A stretch of 64,000 bases of DNA from Candidatus Latescibacterota bacterium (lineage in GTDB: Bacteria; Latescibacterota; UBA2968; UBA8231), in contig CBDETK010000013.1 in the NCBI GenBank assembly GCA_965242865.1, positions 3,904,001 to 3,968,000 of the forward strand. The letters are read 5' to 3'. Of this stretch, positions 17,854 through 29,464 are shown piece after piece (the first letter of the stretch is position 1; every line of letters starts with the position of its first letter). The position numbers were made by a program, and so were the translations under genes. The notes beneath the pieces are model-generated. The model did no database searches. It saw nothing but the letters and a program-made list of their open reading frames with translations, and had not been told where the DNA came from.

Positions 17854-20651
17854 CTATTCGTCTCCCGTTCTTGTTACTGCCTGATCGTACCACAAAAGCA
17901 ACTTTGGGTCTTCTTCGAGAATGTTGTTGGGGATTTTCTCGGCCAACGCTATAATCGTAGCGTAGTCGCGCTCTTGATAGGCTTTTTTGAAGCCTGCACG
18001 GACAGCTTCCAGCCGGAAGACCCTAAGTTTCTTCTTGGCCTGCTTGTACTCCTCAAACTCCTTGAGAAGTGCCTTCTCGCGCAGCTTCTCCAAGTCGCCT
18101 GCCTTATTTGGGTCGGGCACATACCAGCGATTCTCGGCCTTGGCCTTCAGCAATGGGTTGTCCTTGGTCAGATTGCGTAGCTCCTTGAAATTCGACGAAA
18201 GATAGCTGTGAATCTGACTGGGCACTTCACCTTTGCTGTCGTGACGCAGAAAGTTCTGCTCCAGCATTTCGGACAGTTCTGGCAGCTTCTCGTGCTTTTG
18301 CCAGCCGCTGATCTCTCTCAGAAACTGAGGGTGGATGTCCTGAAAAGTCTGAGGTTTCTTGGTGAACTGCTGCTTGAGCCACTGGATGGCCGAAGCCTCG
18401 TCGGAGACGAAAAGCTGAAGCTGGAGAACCTCCTTGACCGTCATTCGCTTCTTATCGTACTCAGCCGCTTGGTCAGGTAGGAAATACATACCATCGCGTA
18501 GAGGGAATCGCTGTTCCAGACCAGCGTAAAACTCAGCAGCGGACAAGGGAACCGTCACCCCCCGCTGGACGTGGAAGGCAACCATGCGGTCGAAGAGGAG
18601 GAAATCCTGACGCTCTGCGATTATCTCACCTTGACCATCCTTTGAAATGAAAATAGGGAGTTGCTTCAAGTGAGTCCTGACAAAGTCCCAAACGCCCGCT
18701 TCAGTGCCTGATTCTAGACAGAAGCGTTCCTCAAGGCCACCATTCGGTTTATATGCAGAAATAACAAGGTCCTGCTTGATAGCGGTTGGTGTCATAACTG
18801 CCTTGAATGAGTGTTGCTTTTTATCGAGCGATGAAACATTGGCCACAACAAAGCCACTTTGCTCCAGTGCGGCCTGAATCGCATTCCATACTGATGCCTT
18901 TGTATTCGAAAATTCCACCGTCAGCCATCTACTTGGCTTTAAGATGCGGTAATACTCTGAAAATATCCGCTCCATGAGTTCACGGTAATCATCGATACTC
19001 TTTCCCTGAGATTTACTCACAATCGCTTCGGCCTTCTGATTTGTTACTGCTCCTAACAATCCCTCCCAAAAGAAGTTCAATTCGGAATAATCGAAGTTAT
19101 GACCGAACGGAGGATCGGTGAATATGTAGTCTACTGTAGAATCACAGATCTGTCGAAGATTTCCAGTATCTTGGGTGCTTATGACATGGCCTCGCTGAAG
19201 ATCGACAGGTGGAGTTAAGCTGTTGGCAATTGTTGACGCATTGCGCCGAAAAGTCTTCAAAACATGTAGCGGTGTAATCAAAGAGCTAACGTACAAAGTT
19301 CCCGATAGCGGCCCACCTCCTTTTCTATCAGCACGAAACCGTCTCATTCTTGACATATAAGGCAAGGAAGCAGTAAGGCAAAAAAGCAGCACCTGACTTA
19401 GATTTTTATTTTTAGAGTAACTCTGTATCTGACGCAGTAGAGCAGAGACGAACAAATGCTCACGTGGGGTGAAGAACTGATGTAGATGAGTAATGCCAAT
19501 TGGAACATTGCGCTGAGTTTCTTTGCCGTCGATTAGTGCAATCGCTGGTAGGCCATAAGAGCTAAGAAGGTCGGTTGCAATACCGATGCGCTGCCTATCT
19601 TGATCATCGGGTAGTTTCTCGTATCTTGTCGATCCTATACTGTAGTTAATGAGAACAGGGGCAATCCGAACGTGCTGGATAGCCTGTTTTAGGACTGGAT
19701 CAAAGCTGATCGTATATACTGGTTCCCACTTTGATTCTTGAACTAATGCCTTGCAGTACGGGCACTTTAAGTTTGACCGAAGGGAATCGTTTTGCTCATC
19801 TACGGCTACGTTATAAAGCGTGGTTTCAGTAGTGCATTCAGGACATCTGATAACATCAGAATAGAGCGTGAATTCAACGGTACCTAGCTGATCGTCTCGA
19901 TGTTGATGATGCTTGTGCTCAACTCTCTTCCTGTCGCGTACCTTCCAGCCGTTGTGGTCGGTTAAGTATAGATGGCCAAGCTTGTCCTCAATGTCGGCAC
20001 ACATTTCCTCAACGGCTGCCAAAAGATCTCTTCGATAAACTGGACGAAGCAAGTTCCCTGCGATAAATGTGGCGATAGGCGACAGGTCCGAAAGGACTAC
20101 CCAGCGTTGTCCCCATAGAAGAGCTTGTCGTAGTGACCCCTTAATTCTGCTAGGATCTTTACATAAGGCCGCCGCCACGCCGGTCATCCCCGTCCCACAA
20201 AACCCGTCGAAGACTATGTCGCCCGGCTCGGTTGGAGTATGTACCGCATGATCGCCTTGTGCGGCACCTTGGTATGGTATGAGTGAGCGTTATAAATGGG
20301 ATCGTTCTTACCTTCGCTCACATCTGTAGCAAAAGGCTCACGATGGTAATCTTCAGCCTGTTCCGGCTTCTGCGCCTCCCATTCGGCGATGAAGTCCGCA
20401 ATCCACGGATTCGGACAAGCGGTATAATACGGCGGATCACTGAGATTCAGAATGTCCTCATCCTCGCCAATCGGGAATCCCTCAATCTTGCGAAACTCGG
20501 GGTCCTTCAACTTCTTGCGGAGTTCCTCGATAAAGTGAGCACGGCGGGCTTCGTCGTTTTCAAAGGTTATGCCGAGGCAAGTTACCGATCCGTCATTCTG
20601 ACCTTCTCCGGTTGCTGATCCAAACTCTATGTTCTGCTGTTCTTGATTCAT
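17854..20651 (-). pseudogene. pglXI: BREX-3 DNA methyltransferase PglXI, frameshifted
   Basis: N-terminal part (LSDPPYYTACPNPW, HSYHTKVPHKAIMRYIL) and C-terminal part (TEPGDIVFDGFCGTGMTGVAA, CPEC..CPYC, YIFTDPPFG) lie in different frames with the junction near 20232; position after brxC. Confidence 0.82.
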
Positions 20652-20689
20652 CTCAAACTTTCCAGTTAGGCAAGACGATTTTTCTGGTC

Positions 20690-23600
20690 TTACCTTTCCA
20701 CTACGATCCGCACCTTTGCCGGGTCCTTGCCCTTGGTGAGATCATCAATATATCCGTCAAATCGGCTCTTCATCTCTGCCGGGGTCGCTGGGCCATCGGT
20801 TACCTTCAGGGCCGTTTGCATATCCTGTGTCTGGATGGCGACTTTGATCAGGCCAGAAAGCACTTCTTTGAGGGCATGTACAAAGCTACCGCTTAGGGGG
20901 ATTGGTAGCTCACGCGACTGAATGAAGGCCTCCAGTGCTTCGCGGTCATCCGTCTTCAACAAATCCATGTTGGCCTCGGTAATTGGGACCGCCAAGTTGC
21001 TGAGGAGGATGGAGGTCCAGTCTTCCCCTATCTCATCAAGTTGCTTATCCATAGCATCGATATGCTGAGAGCTTGCAACCGTGCAGGTTTCGGTAGAGGG
21101 CTTAAACCCGCAGTGCAGGCAAGTCGGCGTTGCATCTAACTCTTGGTTGGTCAAGGCAAAGCAGCTTTTCAGAGCCAGTAGGCGATCCCGGAAATCGGTA
21201 AGCTGTTGCCGAGGCATTAGATCAATTTCGGCTAATTTGACTAAGACTTGTAACCTCGGGTCGTTGAGCAATGCTGCCTTACGCTGGTCGTCGTTTACTC
21301 CCAAACGGACCTTGGTGTGTAAGCCGATATAAATGACCGTGTAGTCCCTCTTGAGCTTTTGTATTTCTACGCCGATGGCTTGGGACTGTTGGGGCTCGAT
21401 CCGACCCGCTTGGCTGAGAGCATTCAGGACGTTCTGCCGGGTCGCCTTAATCCGGCCCACCCAGTCATGTTCGGCAGGAAGTGCCGCTTCAGCCGCGACC
21501 AAATAGGAGGCCGTCGGGGCATGGTCCATTACGAACTCGCGCAAAGCGTCCAACTCATCCAGAGCCGTTAGGGCTTCTTTGTGCGCCATGATTTCCGGCA
21601 CACTGTGGCGGAAGTTCTTCAATCTGCCAGGGGAAGAATACGCCTGGAGCGATTCAAAGAAGGTTTTGGCTTTCTCTAAAACACCGGCCCGGCTGGCTAG
21701 GACAGTGCTGGCGAGCAGGTCCTGTCCCCAGAAGGAAAGCCCTTTCTGCATATCCCGTTGAGCCATGACGATGCGCCGGACCGTCTTGCCAATGGCCTGC
21801 TGCATACCTTGGACTGGTTCGTCTTTACCTTGGGCAACAAGTTGAGCCATGCCCGGCGACAAGCCAAGCAGTTCAAACAGTTCTCTGATGGCGGGCAGGT
21901 TCCATTCCTTGGGCTGCTCCAAATGCTTGAAGCGGATCAACTCGTCTATGCCAGTGGCGGCAAGTTGCGGTAGCTCGGTGGCGTCGAATTTTTTGCCCGG
22001 AATTGCGAACACGATGTCGCCGGAGTACACCAAGGCAACCAAAATGACCGCTACCCATTCAGGTTCAAGGCGGAAGCCGCTGGGGTCCATGAATTCTAGC
22101 CCGTGGTCGTCTTGAATGATCTCACTGCGATTTACCACTTGGCCGTGCCCCTTAGCCTTTACAACATCAATAATGAACTGGGTGTACTTTGATTTGTAGG
22201 GGTCCATCCTCTCGCCATCGAGCAGTTCCAGCGCATCCAGCACGGCCGTGGCCTGCTTGGTGCGGTTCTGTCCGGCGATAGCCCGCAGCGCATCTTGGGC
22301 GGCTTGGGCGCAGTTGTTACCCGTAATCAGTACCGAAAAGAATGGATAGCCAGGAGCCTGATTTTCAAAATTCGGGGCCAAGCAGATGCCCGCAATGGTA
22401 TTGATCAGATCGCGGAAGTTGATGATTTCGTGGGGCAACAGGCCCGACAGGTCGCGGATGGATTGGCCCTTGGCCCACTCGGGGATGGACTTCGTGCGGC
22501 CTTGGTAGGTGACCTCAAAGGCACTGGTCATCTGCGTTTGTAGCCACCGGACTAGCTGGCGCAAAAAGCCGTTGGCCTTAGCCTCATAAGTGGCTTTGGC
22601 TTGGGCCGCGGAAATGCCTGCGAGGTCCAAAGCCGCCGCATAATTTTTCAGCGCGGTCTGAAATTCCTCGTCGGTGCCTTTCAGGCGAAAGAAGACTTCG
22701 TCGCTCGCTTTGTGCTCCTTGAACTGGGGCGGGTCATTTGGCTGGATAAAGTAAAGGTAGAAGTCCCGCTGGGGTACGGCGGTGGAGCGCTCGTTGGGTG
22801 CGCCAAAAAACAGATACCCGGAACGAGCGGCTTTGTGCTCCTGCCAGATGAGTTCGTGTTGCCAGATTTTGTAGCCGGTTACGTAGGTAGCGTCTTGGCA
22901 CTCCATGACCCGTTTGAGGGCCTCGTAGTAGAAGCGGTCGAGCCGAGTGTTATCGAGGCTCTCTGCTCGCTTGTCAATGATGGCGTCAAAGTCTTCGGTC
23001 TTTTTTAAGTCCAGATAGTATTGGCCATTATCCTTGCTGAATGAAATGAAGCTGAATGAAATGAATTGTCCGCTAACCGCTTTTTCGATTGCGCGCAGCA
23101 CGGTTACTACGTGGGTTTGCAGATCTCTATCGGGTTCATCGCTGCCCAATTCCTCAATCAGGGGGTCAAAAAGGCAGAGGCGGTCGCGCAACTCCTCGGC
23201 GGATGCGCCCATGGGCGTATAGATGTCACCTGTGGTCAGGCGATGGACGGACAGTGCATGGATCAAGCGCAGGGCCATCGGTTTGTACTGACTGCGGGCG
23301 ATGGCGTTTTCGATGCGGGATTCCAGCACTTGGCTGCAATCAATGACTGCTCGGATTTCGGGAATGGCACGGAAGGCCGCGTTCTTCCTGAGAGTGTTCC
23401 AGTAGCTATCGAAGGCAATTAGGCCGGGTCGGTCCTGCGGAACCTCTTCGTCCATAATGTCTTTCATGCGTATGGACAGGGTCTTGAGCACCTCGCGCTT
23501 TTCGACCACAGTGACCCGCTCAAAGGTCTCAATGTAGTCGGGATGTACGGGAAAGAGATTGACGAATTCATCCATCTGCTCGTTGAGCCCGCCGTAGAAC

Positions 23601-24445
23601 TTGGAAAAGGGCATTAGATATTCGCGGATATGCGCCTGTTGCTCGGCGGTCTTTTTGAGCAGACGCTCGGCCACTACGAACTTGACGTCGTTGCGGGCGA
23701 TCAGGATTTGCTCGAAACGGTCTTTTACCCGACGGAGACTACCGGCGACAAAGCCAAAGCGGGGGCTGTCGAAAATGGCTTCCTGTACCCCGGCCATAAC
23801 GCGGAAGCGTAGGTCCTTGCACACTTCGCCCATTTCGCGGAGAAAGTTGAGGTCGAGGATCAGTTCTTGGTCCCTACGGCTACGGAGATAGTCTAGTAGC
23901 TCATCAACTACCAGCAGCAGACCGTGTTCGGGGAAAGCCTCGCCGAACTTGTCCATCAGGTCTTCAAAGGCCCGCTTGTGACTGGCAATTTCGTTCACCT
24001 CGGGGAATATGTATTCCACGCCGAGCTTTTCGAGATATTCTTCCAACTCAGAGACCAAGATGTCGCGCAAGGACATAGTGGTGGCCCCGATCTCGGTGCG
24101 GATGACCTTGAAGCGCCCGGCGATTTGTTTGACTGCGCCACGAACGCCGGGATGCTTCAATTCTTTTAGCAGAGAGGCGTCTGCGGCAAGGCTTGAAATC
24201 ATCGACATCAGGTGCGATTTACCGGTGCCGTAATTGCCGACGATCAAAATCCCTTTGTTATCGACAGGTTGGTCGAACTGCAACTGCGGGATGACAAGCT
24301 GAGTAAGCCGTTCAGCCATCTCCTCGGAAATGACGTAGGTTCTCACGAGATGGTGCGCGACACTGGACTTGTCCGCGTCGCGCAACTGAACAACCGACTC
24401 AATCGGGTCGAACTGAATAAGATCGCCGTATTTCATGTTGGTCAT
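20690..24445 (-). CDS. brxC: BREX-3 BrxC/PglY-like ATPase (DUF6079 family)
   Basis: 1251 aa; Walker [10 protein letters not shown], Walker [20 protein letters not shown]-terminal CLHCGF; operon context. Confidence 0.88.
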   Translation of the reverse strand: MTNMKYGDLIQFDPIESVVQLRDADKSSVAHHLVRTYVISEEMAERLTQLVIPQLQFDQPVDNKGILIVGNYGTGKSHLMSMISSLAADASLLKELKHPGVRGAVKQIAGRFKVIRTEIGATTMSLRDILVSELEEYLEKLGVEYIFPEVNEIASHKRAFEDLMDKFGEAFPEHGLLLVVDELLDYLRSRRDQELILDLNFLREMGEVCKDLRFRVMAGVQEAIFDSPRFGFVAGSLRRVKDRFEQILIARNDVKFVVAERLLKKTAEQQAHIREYLMPFSKFYGGLNEQMDEFVNLFPVHPDYIETFERVTVVEKREVLKTLSIRMKDIMDEEVPQDRPGLIAFDSYWNTLRKNAAFRAIPEIRAVIDCSQVLESRIENAIARSQYKPMALRLIHALSVHRLTTGDIYTPMGASAEELRDRLCLFDPLIEELGSDEPDRDLQTHVVTVLRAIEKAVSGQFISFSFISFSKDNGQYYLDLKKTEDFDAIIDKRAESLDNTRLDRFYYEALKRVMECQDATYVTGYKIWQHELIWQEHKAARSGYLFFGAPNERSTAVPQRDFYLYFIQPNDPPQFKEHKASDEVFFRLKGTDEEFQTALKNYAAALDLAGISAAQAKATYEAKANGFLRQLVRWLQTQMTSAFEVTYQGRTKSIPEWAKGQSIRDLSGLLPHEIINFRDLINTIAGICLAPNFENQAPGYPFFSVLITGNNCAQAAQDALRAIAGQNRTKQATAVLDALELLDGERMDPYKSKYTQFIIDVVKAKGHGQVVNRSEIIQDDHGLEFMDPSGFRLEPEWVAVILVALVYSGDIVFAIPGKKFDATELPQLAATGIDELIRFKHLEQPKEWNLPAIRELFELLGLSPGMAQLVAQGKDEPVQGMQQAIGKTVRRIVMAQRDMQKGLSFWGQDLLASTVLASRAGVLEKAKTFFESLQAYSSPGRLKNFRHSVPEIMAHKEALTALDELDALREFVMDHAPTASYLVAAEAALPAEHDWVGRIKATRQNVLNALSQAGRIEPQQSQAIGVEIQKLKRDYTVIYIGLHTKVRLGVNDDQRKAALLNDPRLQVLVKLAEIDLMPRQQLTDFRDRLLALKSCFALTNQELDATPTCLHCGFKPSTETCTVASSQHIDAMDKQLDEIGEDWTSILLSNLAVPITEANMDLLKTDDREALEAFIQSRELPIPLSGSFVHALKEVLSGLIKVAIQTQDMQTALKVTDGPATPAEMKSRFDGYIDDLTKGKDPAKVRIVVER
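23036..23065. repeat. Perfect 15-bp tandem duplication GCTGAATGAAATGAA x2 (in frame, [10 protein letters not shown])
   Basis: Read directly at 23036-23050 and 23051-23065. Confidence 0.9.
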
Positions 24446-24509
24446 GCTTGAGCTTGCCTCTCTACTCGTGGTTCGCGAATCATCCTAACGGACCGATCCG
24501 CATATTAAT

Positions 24510-25028
24510 TTAATATAGAGGGTTAGCTATTCTGTCGATAGGTTCCCCATTGACCGTCGTCGTTCCATCCACACGCACGATGAGCACATCGACCGAGTCA
24601 TATTCCTGGTACTCGGGATGCTCCCGCTCGGCGTATAAGAGCCTTCCTCCAGAAAACCTCCCGCTCCAAGAAGCCACCACGGCGCGGTTCCGCGAAATGT
24701 TTCGTAGCAGACTCAACGGGTCTTGCTCGAGATTTTTATCAAAGAGGATTTCGAGGTTATCGAGCACCACCGGCGGCTCAGTTTGGGCCGCGAGTTGCTT
24801 GAGGATATCCGGCATCCGCAATGATCGCTGCCGAGCCGTCAGTTCGAGCATCTCGTATGAGAGTACTCGATTGACATTGATAACTTGCGTACCGAACGCA
24901 TCGGCGACCTCTTGCAGGACGCCGGTCTTGCCGGAACCGCTCTCGGCCACCAGCAACACTAAGCGGTAGTACCGGTCATCGGCGACCTCAAGAGCCCGCT
25001 CTATTTGATCCTGAATCAGTTCAGCCAT
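24510..25028 (-). CDS. brxF: BREX-3 P-loop protein BrxF
   Basis: YYRLVLLVAESGSGKT, VVLDNLEILFD..L.QDPL.LL..ISRNR.VVASW.G, LLYA...HPEY. Confidence 0.9.
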   Translation of the reverse strand: MAELIQDQIERALEVADDRYYRLVLLVAESGSGKTGVLQEVADAFGTQVINVNRVLSYEMLELTARQRSLRMPDILKQLAAQTEPPVVLDNLEILFDKNLEQDPLSLLRNISRNRAVVASWSGRFSGGRLLYAEREHPEYQEYDSVDVLIVRVDGTTTVNGEPIDRIANPLY

Positions 25029-25031
25029 GGC

Positions 25032-26192
25032 TCAGCGCGGCACCAGCCAGTCCTCGTCTAATTCCATGCCAAAGCCCGGCGCGTCCGATGGGATCAAGCT
25101 CCCCTCTTGAGGCACGGCTGTGCCCGGGATGGTGGGGACTTCTTCGAGGGGGATGCCCGGGGCCGAGCCGAGCCAGTACTCGGCCAGGGGCGATTCCGGG
25201 AAGGCCAAGGCGAAGTGTTGGCCGTAGGCGGTGTTGGCCCCGCCGTGGGGGATGGTGACGAGGCCGGCCGCTTCGGCGATGTAGTAGATTTTGACGGCTT
25301 CGGAAAGGCCGCCGCACCACTTGAGGTCGGGTTGCAGCACGTCAACGCAGCGGTGTTCGACTAGCTGGCGAAAGGCATGACGGCCGTGGTGGTCTTCGCC
25401 GGTGGCAATGGGCACGTAGGGAGCGGCTCGCTTGAGCGCGATGTGGCCTTCGAGATCCGTGGGAATGAGCGGTTCCTCAATCCAGCGCATCTGGTAGGGC
25501 TTGAGCCGCTCGGCGACTTGAACGGCGTATTCGACGTTGTAGGACATGACCGCGTTGAGCATCAGCTCGCAGTCCGGGCCGATGGCCTCGCGCGCTTGGG
25601 CGACCTTGGCTTCGAGGCGATTGAGCCCTTCCTGCCCCTCGCGGTAGTGAACCGGGTTGGTGATCTTGAAGGCACGAAACCCCAGTTCGAGTCCCCAGTC
25701 GAGGTCGTCGCCCGTGGCGTAGAGTTCAAGGCGGTCGCGGCAGGGGCCGCCGAGCAGGCGGTACACGGGCTGGCCCAGCAGCTTGCCCTTGAGGTCCCAC
25801 AGCGCCAGATCAATGCCGCTTTGGGCAACGGCCGCGCAACCGGCATGACCGAGGCGCTGAGCAGCGCGCCACATCAGGTCGTTGAGAAATTCCGTAGCCA
25901 GACAATCGCGGCCCGTCAGCAGGGGTGCGAAGACTTGCTCGACGATGGCAGCCACTGGCTCGCCAAAGGAGCAGCCGCCCAAACCCCAAGTGCCGTCCTC
26001 GGCCACGATCTGCACCCATACCGGGCCGCCGCCCATGCCCGGCATCTGGCCGGGGAGACGCGAAAATTCTGGATACTTGTTGATCGGCAACGAGCGCGGT
26101 GCCCGCTGGTTCCAAGAGGGGCGGCGACCCGCTGTTTGGGGCGGGCGGTGCGGAAGCCGGAGGTCAACTACGCGGATGGATTGTATCTGCAC
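25032..26192 (-). CDS. Mandelate racemase/enolase family, L-rhamnonate dehydratase-like
   Basis: [38 protein letters not shown]; GTG start at 26192. Confidence 0.85.
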   Translation of the reverse strand: MQIQSIRVVDLRLPHRPPQTAGRRPSWNQRAPRSLPINKYPEFSRLPGQMPGMGGGPVWVQIVAEDGTWGLGGCSFGEPVAAIVEQVFAPLLTGRDCLATEFLNDLMWRAAQRLGHAGCAAVAQSGIDLALWDLKGKLLGQPVYRLLGGPCRDRLELYATGDDLDWGLELGFRAFKITNPVHYREGQEGLNRLEAKVAQAREAIGPDCELMLNAVMSYNVEYAVQVAERLKPYQMRWIEEPLIPTDLEGHIALKRAAPYVPIATGEDHHGRHAFRQLVEHRCVDVLQPDLKWCGGLSEAVKIYYIAEAAGLVTIPHGGANTAYGQHFALAFPESPLAEYWLGSAPGIPLEEVPTIPGTAVPQEGSLIPSDAPGFGMELDEDWLVPR

Positions 26193-27420
26193 GTTTAATG
26201 CTCCAAGCCAAGTGCTGGTCGGCAAAGTCCAAGTATTGCTCCCAATCGTACTCGGCGAGGTCGTGGCCGCCGTTGCGGATGTGGTAGCCGATCTGGCCCA
26301 TGACCGGCTGATCGACAGCGGGCATTTGCGCGGCCGGCAAGCCGTCGGTCCCGAGCAGGCGATAGACGGGACCGGCGGCGCGGGCCGCGAGGAATTCGCC
26401 GCACGGGTCGGCCCAGCGGTCCTCAACGGCACTGGCTACGTACAGAGGGCGCGGGGCGCAAAGTGCCAAGAGCTGATGCTGATCTACGGGCAGCTCGTCT
26501 TCGGCGTTGTCGTAGCGTCTGAAATTGTCGCAGAACCAGTGCGGGAACGCATGGTTGATATGCGCGACGGTCTCGCCGTAGCACCGCCGCGAGAGGGCGG
26601 CCCCACCGCAGCCGGACTCGTTGGAGATGACCATGGCAAAGCGCTCGTCGCAGGCACCAGCCCACAGCGCGGTCTTGCCCAGCCGCGAGTGCCCGAGCAC
26701 GGCGACCCGCGCATGGTCGCAGTCGGGATCGGTTTGCAGATAGTCCACGGCCCGGCTCAAACCCCACGCCCAAGTGCCGATGGCACCCCACTCGTCCGGG
26801 GCGGGACGATTTTGTCCCTCTTGGTAGAAGAGCGGGTGGACGCCGTTGCGGTAGCCATCGTCGTAGTCCGGGTCGAGGTCGCCGTAGTACATGGTGGCCA
26901 AGCCGTAGCCGCGTGCGATGATCTTGGCGACGGGCCAGCGGCTAGCCAAGCAACCGCGCGAGTTGAAGGTGGCGCAGTGATTGACGATGCCGTTTTGCGC
27001 TTCGGAGCGCATCCAGCGGGTGTTGAGGTGGATTGCGGGGTCGCGTTGGATGGAGTGATTACCGAAGAAATTGAGGCCCAAGAAGACCGGCACCGGGCCA
27101 GCCGCGTCAGCGGGGCGATAGAGGAGAATATCCATGCACGGGCCATTATCGTCAGCAGTGAAAGCCACGCGGACTTGGCGTCTCAGTGCATGGCCGCCAA
27201 GGGCTTCGCCCTCCTCGGTGGTAAGGAAACGAGTAGCGGGCAGCGGGCCGGGCATCGAGCCGAAGACATGCGTTTTGAAGAGTTGGAGAATTTCCGGGCG
27301 GCGCACCTCGGCCCAAGCAGCGACGTCGGCCACGGGTTCGCCGCTGGCTAGCGTCAGCAGGTCGGGCAGCGCGTAAGCAGGGACTTTGGCTTCGTCGTAA
27401 TTGGCTTCGCTTGGGAGCAT
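26164..27420 (-). CDS. CE15 glucuronoyl esterase / acetylxylan esterase-like hydrolase
   Basis: [51 protein letters not shown]. Confidence 0.88.
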   Translation of the reverse strand: MLPSEANYDEAKVPAYALPDLLTLASGEPVADVAAWAEVRRPEILQLFKTHVFGSMPGPLPATRFLTTEEGEALGGHALRRQVRVAFTADDNGPCMDILLYRPADAAGPVPVFLGLNFFGNHSIQRDPAIHLNTRWMRSEAQNGIVNHCATFNSRGCLASRWPVAKIIARGYGLATMYYGDLDPDYDDGYRNGVHPLFYQEGQNRPAPDEWGAIGTWAWGLSRAVDYLQTDPDCDHARVAVLGHSRLGKTALWAGACDERFAMVISNESGCGGAALSRRCYGETVAHINHAFPHWFCDNFRRYDNAEDELPVDQHQLLALCAPRPLYVASAVEDRWADPCGEFLAARAAGPVYRLLGTDGLPAAQMPAVDQPVMGQIGYHIRNGGHDLAEYDWEQYLDFADQHLAWSIKRADTIHPRS

Positions 27421-27425
27421 AGTCG

Positions 27426-27620
27426 CTAGTCCGTGATCGCTTCGATAAAGGTCTGATCCTCGCGTTCGCCCTTGCTTTGCGCCACTGCAAGTGACTGGTA
27501 ATGGGCCTCGGCCCGGAATCGCCTGGTCCGGGTTTCAGGAACCCATATCTGAACCTGCCGCATCTCTCGCGTCCGCTGGTCGCACGGATCCGGCCTTCCA
27601 ATTTCCTTGGATTGCATCAT
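27426..27620 (-). CDS. DUF3018 / MazE-like antitoxin, orphan
   Basis: R.VQIWVP.TR...F.AEAH.QS.AVA.S..E.EDQ.FIEAI pattern; RBS AGGAGA; no adjacent toxin. Confidence 0.72.
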   Translation of the reverse strand: MMQSKEIGRPDPCDQRTREMRQVQIWVPETRTRRFRAEAHYQSLAVAQSKGEREDQTFIEAITD

Positions 27621-27672
27621 CGAATCTCCTTTAGCTGTAGTCTTAGGAGCCACTGAGACGTTGGATTATGGC

Positions 27673-28554
27673 TCAGTCGCCGAAGTTATAGACGAAGGAG
27701 AGCCAAGGGATGGGAAATCCCTCTTCGATTACCTCGCCGACGATAATGGCACCTACATCAACAGCTATCTTGGGACCGAAAAAGCGGAGGGCGAGGCCCA
27801 AGGGCTGTTGGTCAAGTTTGGCATCTCCGCCAGTAATAATCCAGTTTTCCGCGACCAAGGCCATGCTCTTGGAGAGGCGGATATTGCCGCCGATGAGGAG
27901 AATAGGGTGCTCGGCGAAATCCACGTCCTCGCCTTCCTCGGCGATGTAGCCTAGGCCGATGCCACAGGTGAAGCTCTTGTCCGGGCTGCCTTTGGTTCCG
28001 ACCACAAAGGCTATACCTCCAGCACCGCCAATGGCCCGCATATAGAGCAGGCCCGCGGAAAGGGCGACATCGTCGCTAGCATAGAGGCCAAACTTGGGGG
28101 CCACTGACAGGATTTGGTCGCTCAACCCCACTGCCGGAATAACGGACACGCCCCCTGACAAGCTAAAGTGTTCGGAGAGGCCGTAGGTTATACCGGGGAA
28201 GAAGATGTAGTGGTTGTAAAAATAGCCATCCCCTCGGCGCAATGGCCTACCAGTAGGGGCGAACATCAGGCGGGTGTAGTTAGGGTCGTGCTGGAAGAAG
28301 GCACCAGGACGCGCTTTTCTTATAGCAACAATGGATGCTCTCGGGATCTTTACTTCCAAGCCAGCCGATGTCTTGATGCGAACGTGGGTTTCGGTTTCCT
28401 GAATGATGGTGCCTTCAAGTTCGGTGCCGTCGGTGAGGAAAATGGACACCAGCCGAGCGACCCAGATGTCTGTAGCCTCGGCATCTAGAGGCATGATCAC
28501 TTGGATTAGGAGCAAGAGAGTCCACGAGACCCATTTGAATCTGGGAGCAACCAT
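27673..28554 (-). CDS. Hypothetical exported / outer-membrane protein
   Basis: Signal-like N-terminus, LTDGT..EGTI domain, FAPTGRPL..G.GY, alternating beta strands, aromatic C-terminus. Confidence 0.6.
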   Translation of the reverse strand: MVAPRFKWVSWTLLLLIQVIMPLDAEATDIWVARLVSIFLTDGTELEGTIIQETETHVRIKTSAGLEVKIPRASIVAIRKARPGAFFQHDPNYTRLMFAPTGRPLRRGDGYFYNHYIFFPGITYGLSEHFSLSGGVSVIPAVGLSDQILSVAPKFGLYASDDVALSAGLLYMRAIGGAGGIAFVVGTKGSPDKSFTCGIGLGYIAEEGEDVDFAEHPILLIGGNIRLSKSMALVAENWIITGGDAKLDQQPLGLALRFFGPKIAVDVGAIIVGEVIEEGFPIPWLSFVYNFGD

Positions 28555-28608
28555 TGTAATCCCCTTGCAAAGTGTTATGCAGAAACCCATTTGGTCTGGA
28601 GAGCCGCT

Positions 28609-29409
28609 TCAATCGCTCGCCAGAATGGGATGCAACGGATGGTACCAGGGGCCGCCGGCTCTCATTTCGTCGGCTGCGCCCGCTGCGTCGTGGGTTCCGG
28701 TAAAGGTGGTGTAGTCGGGCATGTAGATAATGGCAAACGCGCGGCGCGGGGCAGCGGTCTGGTTCGGACCGGCGTAGTGGAAGGTGCAGCCGTGGTGGAA
28801 GGTTACGCCGCCGGCGGCCATGTCCATGGACACCGGCTCGGGCACGTCAAAGCCGCGCTCCCGCATCTTATCGACGATGCTCTCGCCGGCAACGCCGAGC
28901 TTGATCGGTTCGAGCCGCTCGTACTGGTGGGAGCCGGGCACAAAGTGGAGGCAGCCATTGTCTGGAGTCACGTCGTCAACCGCGATCCAAGCCGACAACG
29001 CACCAACCGGATCCATGGGCCAATAGGGCGCGTCCTGATGCCAGTTGGTCTCCTTGCTCTTTTGGCCGGGGGGCTTGATCATCGCGTGATCGTGGTAGAT
29101 GCGCACGTGGCGGCAACCGCTCAAGCGGCGGGCGGTTTCGGCCAAGCGCGGGTGAAAGGCGATTTCCTTGGCCGCCGGATAGTCGGTCCAAAGGTTGACC
29201 ATCTGATTGAAGACGCGCTCGTAGTCTTCTGAAACGCGGCCATCCTTGTCGGCCCCTTTGATGCGGGCGCGATGCGTGGCGATGGCGTGGTCAATGGCTT
29301 GGCGCAGCGAGGCGATCTCCTCGGCCGAGAAGAATTGCTCGTAGCGGATATAGCCGTTTTGCTGGTAAAATTCGGCGTCGGCTGGCGTCGCCGGGCTTAT
29401 TGTAGGCAT
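28609..29409 (-). CDS. Phytanoyl-CoA dioxygenase (PhyH) family protein
   Basis: WHQD, WIAVDD, NGCL.FVPGSH, FHHG.TFH.AGPN, RRA. Confidence 0.92.
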   Translation of the reverse strand: MPTISPATPADAEFYQQNGYIRYEQFFSAEEIASLRQAIDHAIATHRARIKGADKDGRVSEDYERVFNQMVNLWTDYPAAKEIAFHPRLAETARRLSGCRHVRIYHDHAMIKPPGQKSKETNWHQDAPYWPMDPVGALSAWIAVDDVTPDNGCLHFVPGSHQYERLEPIKLGVAGESIVDKMRERGFDVPEPVSMDMAAGGVTFHHGCTFHYAGPNQTAAPRRAFAIIYMPDYTTFTGTHDAAGAADEMRAGGPWYHPLHPILASD

Positions 29410-29464
29410 GAGGGCAAGGTATTAACTTTTGCAGTGGCAATCAACCATTCAACAGGAGGAGAAA

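Larger units (their letters stand above)
12110..25029 (-). mobile_element. Defence island carrying type-3 BREX-like locus, bounded by 11-bp direct repeat GTTCAGCCATG
   Basis: Identical 11-mers at 12110-12120 and 25019-25029 coincide with the outer gene ends; GC is lower inside; no integrase seen. Confidence 0.6.

Noticed and set aside
24483-24528. Integron attC-like site (CTAAC...GTTAG around an AT-rich near-palindrome) between brxF and brxC
   Set aside because: Only about 46 bp, the core sites deviate from RYYYAAC/GTTRRRY, internal pairing is poor, and there is no integrase or second site.
25882-27351. 489-aa + strand ORF, and similar long shadow ORFs (47699-48829, 45013-45975, 54047-54985, 59174-60160, 62860-63975)
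   Set aside because: They are antisense to well-supported genes, carry no motifs, and are expected in GC-rich coding DNA.
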